A DNA stretch of 64,000 bases from Hyaloraphidium curvatum SAG 235-1 (Eukaryota; Fungi; Monoblepharomycota). Made by a program: the position numbers and the translations under genes. The stretch lies in the NCBI GenBank assembly GCA_025558095.1, contig JAIVFI010000041.1:248001-312000 (forward strand). Reading direction: 5' to 3'. Every line of letters starts with the position of its first letter. The stretch's first letter is position 1. Shown here in pieces: positions 58,432-64,000 of this stretch. The notes under the pieces were generated by a model. It ran no database searches and was not told the origin of the DNA. It saw only the letters and a program-made list of their open reading frames with translations.

Positions 58432-60742
58432 ATGGCATCGCTAGAGGCCATTGCAGCGCACCCGGAGCAGTACTCTGCAGAGGAAGTCGGGGCTGTCCGC
58501 CGGCGCTCGGAGCTGCAGCTCGGCGTGCGTGTGCCGAACTCGGCGCGGCCGGGCTACACCGAGATCGTCCGGCACCCCGGCACGCCCAATGGGCCCCAGG
58601 ACTGGCCGCCGTTCCTCGCCAAGAATCCCGACCAGCCGCGGACCGCGTGGCAGGCGTGGCAGCGCGGCAGGTCGCGCGCCAAGGGCACCGGTCCGGCATT
58701 CGGCACACGCACTCCCAACGCGCCGTACGTCTGGGAATCATACGATGACGCCACGCGTCGCGCTGTCGCGCTCGGCTCGGCCCTGGTCACCGTCTGCGGT
58801 CTGCAGCCGTCGCGCGGCGCCGCGGGCATCCAGCTGGGCAACGGCTCAGGATGGTACACCGCCGACATCGCCTGCGTCGCGTTCGATCTTGTCTCGTTCC
58901 CGCTGTACACGAGCGCCGACGACGACTTCAGCCAGCACATCATCAACCTCGGCGAACTCACTGTGGTCTTCACCACGGCCGCCAACGTGCCGCAGATGGT
59001 CCGCCTGGCGACCAAGGGCGCCGTGCCTTCGTTGAAGCACGTCATTGTGCACGGACCGCCCGCGGATCCGCAGCAGGTGGCGGCCGGAAAGGCAGCAGGC
59101 CTCGTTTTCCACGCCTACGAGGATCTCGTCAACGCCGGCCTGTCCCGCACCCTGACGCCGGTGCCGGCGACGGACCCGTCGCGCCCGTGGAGTGTGATCA
59201 GCACCTCGGGGACAACCGGCAAGCCAAAGGGCTCGGTGCTCACGCACGCCAATCTGTCGTGGATCATCGCCGTCGCCGGCGAGATCTTTGAGCACCCGAC
59301 GCCAGCCAAGGAGCTGTTTCACAGCTATCTTCCGACCGGTACTGCCGCTCGCAGCTCTTCCGACGCATTTGCTAAACATTCCCACCTTCCCAACACAGCA
59401 CACGTCGGAGACCGCTGGTTCTGCTGGGTATACATGGCCCACGGCGTGCCGCTCTCCTTCGGCACCCCACTCGACCTCTTCTCCGACATCCAGCAGAGCA
59501 AGCCGACGCTGATGCTCTTCGTGCCCCGCGTCATGAACCGCGTCGTCGGCCAGATCAAGTCCATGGTGGACGCCGAGGGCTCCGACGCCAAGCGCGCGTT
59601 CGAGGAAGCCTATGCAGAGAAGCGGAGGATGTTGATCCGCGACGGCGTGGTGAGCTCCTCCACCAGGCACGACCAGCCGGGGGGCGTGCTGCACAAGTTC
59701 AGGATGATGATGGGCGGCAGGCTGTATGCGCTCACGGTCGGCGCGGCGGCGATCGACGGGGCCATGTTGGAATTTGCGCGGATCGTGTTTGGTATCAAGG
59801 TCATGGAGGGGTTCGGCCAGACCGAGATCATGGGCGTCGCCACGGCGTGCGGCCTGGACAACCCCTACGTCCCTTTCGGCGGCACCGTCGGGCCGCCGGT
59901 GAAGTTCATCGACGTCAAGCTCATGGATGTCCCGGCGCTGGGCTATCACGCAACCGACAAGCCGTTCCCGCGCGGCGAGGTGTGCGTGCGCGGGCCGAAC
60001 GTGTTCAGCGGGTACCTCCGCGAGCCGGACAAGACGGCCGAGACGATCGACAGCGACGGATTCGTGCTCACGGGGGATGTTGGCGAGCTGCTGCCGGACG
60101 GGTCGATCAGGATCATTGATCGGAGCAAGAATGTGTTCAAGGTGTGTTTCCAAAGTCGCATTGTGCGCAGTGTTTCTCACGCGAGGTCGGGCACCTACCA
60201 GATGATGCAAGGTCCGGTTGCGCCACCGGCTTCGCAGCTTGCGGTGCGTTGATGCTAACTCGTTCCACCGTCTGTCACAGGCGAGTTTGTCGCCCCGGAA
60301 AAGATCGAAGCGGTCCTCCTGCGGTGCCCGTGGCTCGCGCAACTCTACGTGCACGGCGAGCTCCTCAAGCGCTTCCTCGTTGCCGTCGTCGTTCCCGATC
60401 CGGAACGCGTCGCAGCGTGGGCCAAGGAGAGGGGCAAGACGGGCGGGCTCAAAGAGCTCTGCAACGACGCGGAGCTGCGCGCCGAAGTGCATGCGGCGAT
60501 GGTCGAAACGGGGCGGGTAAATGGGCTGCTTGGATTCGAGATCCCAAAGGTTGGCTCTTCAACGTTCCCGGTTCTGGTACAGTCGGCTGATACCCATGTA
60601 GGACATCGCGTTGCACCCGGATCCCTTCACGCCAGAGGAAGGGCTGACGACGCCGTCGATGAAGAACAAGCGGCCTCAGCTCAAGGACAGGTTTTCGGCC
60701 GCAGTGAAGAGGCTGTACGATGGAATTCCCGACTCGGGTTGA
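58432..60742 (+). CDS. Long-chain fatty acyl-CoA synthetase (ACSL/FAA-like)
   Basis: Motifs STSGTTGKPKG, SYLP..H, EGFGQTE, PRGEVCVRG, TGDVG, IIDRSKNVFK and GEFVAPEKIE. Three introns. Confidence 0.95.
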
Positions 60743-60951
60743 CGTGACGTGCCTTGGGGCTAGCTGTGGAATCGTTGTGTGTCTCGAATTAAGCTCAGTG
60801 GACTGCATCTACGACAGCAACGCGATCAGGAGCCCGATCGTGGATTGAGAAAGGGTGTATGGTGCAGTAGTCTACTTGGCGCCCGTGTTGCCAGGTCAAG
60901 ACAATTAAAGAACCGGAACTACATAGATAGAAAAGGAAAGCGATTTCTCCA

Positions 60952-62436
60952 ATGGACCGGCTTTTCTCTGCTGCCGAACAGCTGGCGCTGTTTCCCCCTG
61001 CGATGGCTCCACCGAAGCGCCTCAGTTCGCGGCTCGGGGTTGCCGACGGCGCGTCGTCGGGCTCACCGCTCACGTCGTCCGCCCTGCTGGCCGGCCTGGA
61101 GAGCCGCCTGCTGCGCGGTACGGTCGCGGTGCAGCTGGCCGTAGCGCCGGCCTTCGTCAGTTGGCTCGTACAGGTGCAGATGGCCGGCGGATTGCTCCTT
61201 TGGATCCCGGTCGGCGCGTGGACCGTCATCGCGGGCCAAAACGGGCCGTTCTCGCCGCGTACAATCGGCGTCGGCGTCGCCTGTGTCGCTCTGTACTGGA
61301 GTGTGTGCGTCGCTATGGCATTCAGCGGGGCCCTTTTCCGCGGACGCTTCTTCGTGCCGCGCGCGGCGTCGGACCTCGGCGCCCACCCGCTGGCGGTCTT
61401 TGCGCGGTACAACCAGCTCGTGCGTGCCACGCCTGAGGAATCCGGCGGGAAGGACGGCGCCGCGGGGTCGGAGGGCATCGTGCGCCACGTCGACGGGGAC
61501 CCCCTGTGCCCGTGCCCGGCGAAGGCCTGCGCCAGGAACCTCGAAGGCCGCGCGGGCACCCTGCGCCTTTTCGACCTCATCCTTCGGGTGTTGTTGGTCA
61601 GCACAGCTATATTCTTCATGGGCTATACCCCGGTCGTCACCCTCGCTGCCGCGACCTGGTCCACGCCGTGGGCTGCCGCGTTTACGGCCGCCTATGTCGC
61701 ATGGTTGCAAGGCGCATCGGTTGCCGCATGCCTCGCGTCGTCATCGGGAAGCCTACCCGCCCTGGAGCTCCAGCAGCGGCTGCAATCCCGGGCGTTGTCG
61801 GACGCTCTGTCGGAGCTGCTGGACCGGTATGCCGCCGCGATCGAGGATGCATCCCGCACGGACGGAGATTTAAGAAGCACGGTCTACCGCCTGCCGACGG
61901 AAGAATCGTACGAAGCGCTGTGTGAGAGGCTCCAGACTTTTCGCGAGGGCCGCTTCTCCACCTTTTCCGTCTCGCGCAACCTCATCATCAGCTACTTCCT
62001 CGTGCCTTTCGTGGCTGGCGTCGCCGCCATCGCCGCGGGCTCGTGCGTCCCGCTGTGGTGCCCCCTCGTCCTGCTCTTCTTTTTCTTCCTCGCCTTGAGG
62101 GACCTCCTCGCCGTCGCCGCTGCCAACGCGCAGGTATCCACCACGCAGTCCCTCCTTCGGCGGGCGCACCGCGAAGCCGAGTCCATCCTCGCCCGCGCCT
62201 CCGCCACGCCGGGGGGACCACCCCCTGGCCCCGCCGCCGCACTGGGCCACCACGCGGCGCTTCTGGCCGCCTACGCCGGGGACGCTTCGGCGGTCGCGAG
62301 ATTCCTCGGGTTCGCGGCGGATTGGGGAAGCGCAAGGGCGGTCGCGGCCACGCTTCTCACCGTTGCCGTGGGACTGTGGTCTGTGCTGAGGTCCGCGGGG
62401 GTGTACCTGACGCCGGACGTTGCTTGCTGGGCTTGA
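60952..62436 (+). CDS. 7-TM membrane protein, family member C (candidate GRL/DUF3537-like)
   Basis: Seven hydrophobic segments, HVDGDPLCPCPAKAC, GSCVPLW and ARFLGFAADWGSARAVAATLLTVAVGLWSVLRSAG. Intronless. Confidence 0.78.
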   Translation: MDRLFSAAEQLALFPPAMAPPKRLSSRLGVADGASSGSPLTSSALLAGLESRLLRGTVAVQLAVAPAFVSWLVQVQMAGGLLLWIPVGAWTVIAGQNGPFSPRTIGVGVACVALYWSVCVAMAFSGALFRGRFFVPRAASDLGAHPLAVFARYNQLVRATPEESGGKDGAAGSEGIVRHVDGDPLCPCPAKACARNLEGRAGTLRLFDLILRVLLVSTAIFFMGYTPVVTLAAATWSTPWAAAFTAAYVAWLQGASVAACLASSSGSLPALELQQRLQSRALSDALSELLDRYAAAIEDASRTDGDLRSTVYRLPTEESYEALCERLQTFREGRFSTFSVSRNLIISYFLVPFVAGVAAIAAGSCVPLWCPLVLLFFFFLALRDLLAVAAANAQVSTTQSLLRRAHREAESILARASATPGGPPPGPAAALGHHAALLAAYAGDASAVARFLGFAADWGSARAVAATLLTVAVGLWSVLRSAGVYLTPDVACWA

Positions 62437-62907
62437 GGTATCTGTGCAGAGCTGGCGAAGCAATCTCATCAAGCACGAATGCCAAACCCGGACGTCAGCG
62501 ACCGTCGAATCCAATTCAAATACTTCGTTCTCCTGCACACGGCGATGACAGCTCGCTGCTCCCTGCCCGATTATTGTCCGTACCACTTGCATCCACGAGC
62601 ATCGGCACCGGCAGGTCAATCCATCGATCGTCAATCTCCTTCCTTCTTTTCCGTGACCACGATGCCGCCTTTTGGGCGTGCGGCCCAATCACTAGTGCCC
62701 CTACACCTGTCCGCAGTAGCCCGGCACTATTCTGGCCTACTGGCCAATGCAACAACTGGGTGGAATCTCTCCATCGTCAGCATCACCCTGAGGGACCTGT
62801 ACACGCTCCATAGTACGAATCCTCTAATAAAGGAACTTCCTTCTCGCACATCTATCTGCTACTGGGAATCACCATCGTCTTCGTAGCCGGCGGATAGGGC
62901 TTCCACG

Positions 62908-63783
62908 TCAACCCCAACGGATCACGAGAGGCACCATCTCCGTGTTGGACGGCCAATGACTCGGGTACCCTGCAGCTTCCACCGCGTGGGAGATCCAGTC
63001 CGAGTGCCCGATGATCGCGACGCGGGCCCACGGTCCGTCCAGGATCCACTTGAGCGTCCTCAAGGCGCGGAGCCTCACTTCAGAAGGGTCCTCGCGCGCA
63101 ACAGGATCGTGCCAAGGATCCTCGTCGCCCTCCAACAGGCCAAAATCGACCTCAGGATACGCTCCCCGGAGTTCGCCGCGAGCGCGCCGCATGTCACAGA
63201 TGTTGCGGCCGTGCCGCTCCCGGACCATCTCGGCGGCGACCACCGGCACCCTCTCCCAAAAGTCCTTGAAGCCAATCGCACCAGTTTCGAGAGCCCGCGT
63301 GAGCGGGGACACGACCAGCGCGTCCAGCTCTAGGCCGCCTTCCGCCGCACCCGAGACCGCGGCCCCCAGGTTCGCCGCCTGCTCCAAGCCGGCGTCGTTG
63401 AGCGGCGGGTCAAAGTACTTCGGGTCGGTGGCCTCCTCGCGCCACCTCTCCTTGCCCAGCTCGCGCTCGGCCGCGTTGTGGATGCCCTCCCCGTGCCGCA
63501 CCAGAAGGACCACCTTGGCGCCGGCGTCCCTCGCCGCGGCGAGCAGTTCCGTCCAGGAGTGTCCCGGAGAGACGCCGAGCTTAGAAACGTCCGAGTCGTT
63601 CCACTCGACGTGGGGGAGCGGGACGTGCGACAAAGTCCGCGGGTCGTCGGCAGGCGGGAACGGCGGGAGGGCGGGGAGGCGCGGCGGGGAAGCGGAGGAG
63701 AGCGACGCCGACGGCGGCATTGGGGCGAGGAAAAGGAGAGCGAAGGAGAGGAGGAGGACCCCGATGCTCCGAAAAATGGACAT
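62908..63783 (-). CDS. Histidine phosphatase (phosphoglycerate mutase-like) with signal peptide or anchor
   Basis: Motifs LVRHGEGIHN, SPLTRALET, CDMRR and IIGHSDWI. Confidence 0.9.
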   Translation of the reverse strand: MSIFRSIGVLLLSFALLFLAPMPPSASLSSASPPRLPALPPFPPADDPRTLSHVPLPHVEWNDSDVSKLGVSPGHSWTELLAAARDAGAKVVLLVRHGEGIHNAAERELGKERWREEATDPKYFDPPLNDAGLEQAANLGAAVSGAAEGGLELDALVVSPLTRALETGAIGFKDFWERVPVVAAEMVRERHGRNICDMRRARGELRGAYPEVDFGLLEGDEDPWHDPVAREDPSEVRLRALRTLKWILDGPWARVAIIGHSDWISHAVEAAGYPSHWPSNTEMVPLVIRWG

Positions 63784-64000
63784 CGGCGCCGAGACGCGTC
63801 CCTGGCCGTTTCAAGCCCACCAGACGTCCCTGAAGCACTCCCCAAATCTCAACGGCCGGCGTATATATCATCCGCATGAAAACCGGATACAAGTCCAACT
63901 TCGAGATAGATTCCTAGCCAGCTATTTCGGAGTGTACGGCGTCTTTTTCCACGTCGGGCATCGCTTTTCCTGCCCGGGGACCTGGCCGTAACCGTTCTTG

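Noticed and set aside
62479-62886. 135-aa ORF between two convergent genes
   Set aside because: Lacks the GC3 bias of real genes here and has no motifs. It may be intergenic sequence or a relic.
1-64000. Bacterial contig, CRISPR array, transposon, tRNA or rRNA
   Set aside because: Spliceosomal introns and eukaryotic uL2/Zn2Cys6 genes show eukaryotic origin. I saw no repeat-spacer array, transposase or RT motif, or structural RNA gene by eye.

Overview
GC-rich, gene-dense eukaryotic DNA with about 35 genes and many short (roughly 50-90 bp) GT-AG introns carrying CTGAC/CTAAC-like branch points. A Zn2Cys6 transcription factor, a Crh/Utr2-type GH16 and a KHA1 antiporter indicate a fungus. I infer an early-diverging, chytrid/monoblepharid-like lineage, but this is not confirmed. 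Housekeeping genes include uL2, an acyl-CoA synthetase, an aldo-keto reductase, DUF866 and a persulfide dioxygenase. Several genes look bacterial: GH3, an old yellow enzyme, an SDR, two TLP1 thiolase-like genes, DUF3885 and an MSMEG_1061-type FMN protein. There are also secreted Cys-rich proteins and decaying MYND and F-box-like family members. The leading novelty candidate is a set of three paralogous 7-TM proteins (24208-25680, 56559-58195, 60952-62436). Their C-terminal halves match the 7TM ion-channel pattern of insect OR/GR, GRL and DUF3537 proteins, and they share an extra H-x(3-4)-D-(P/K)-L-C-x-C-x(2-4)-C loop. Other highlights are a trypsin pseudo-protease fused to a P-domain, a +1/+35 mutually compensating frameshift pair, a TF-like protein with a neurabin/Bni4-type PP1-docking motif, and a possible apocarotenoid/isoprenoid gene neighbourhood. 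I saw no tRNA, rRNA, CRISPR array or transposon. All family assignments come from manual motif recognition, not database searches, and splice coordinates are approximate.
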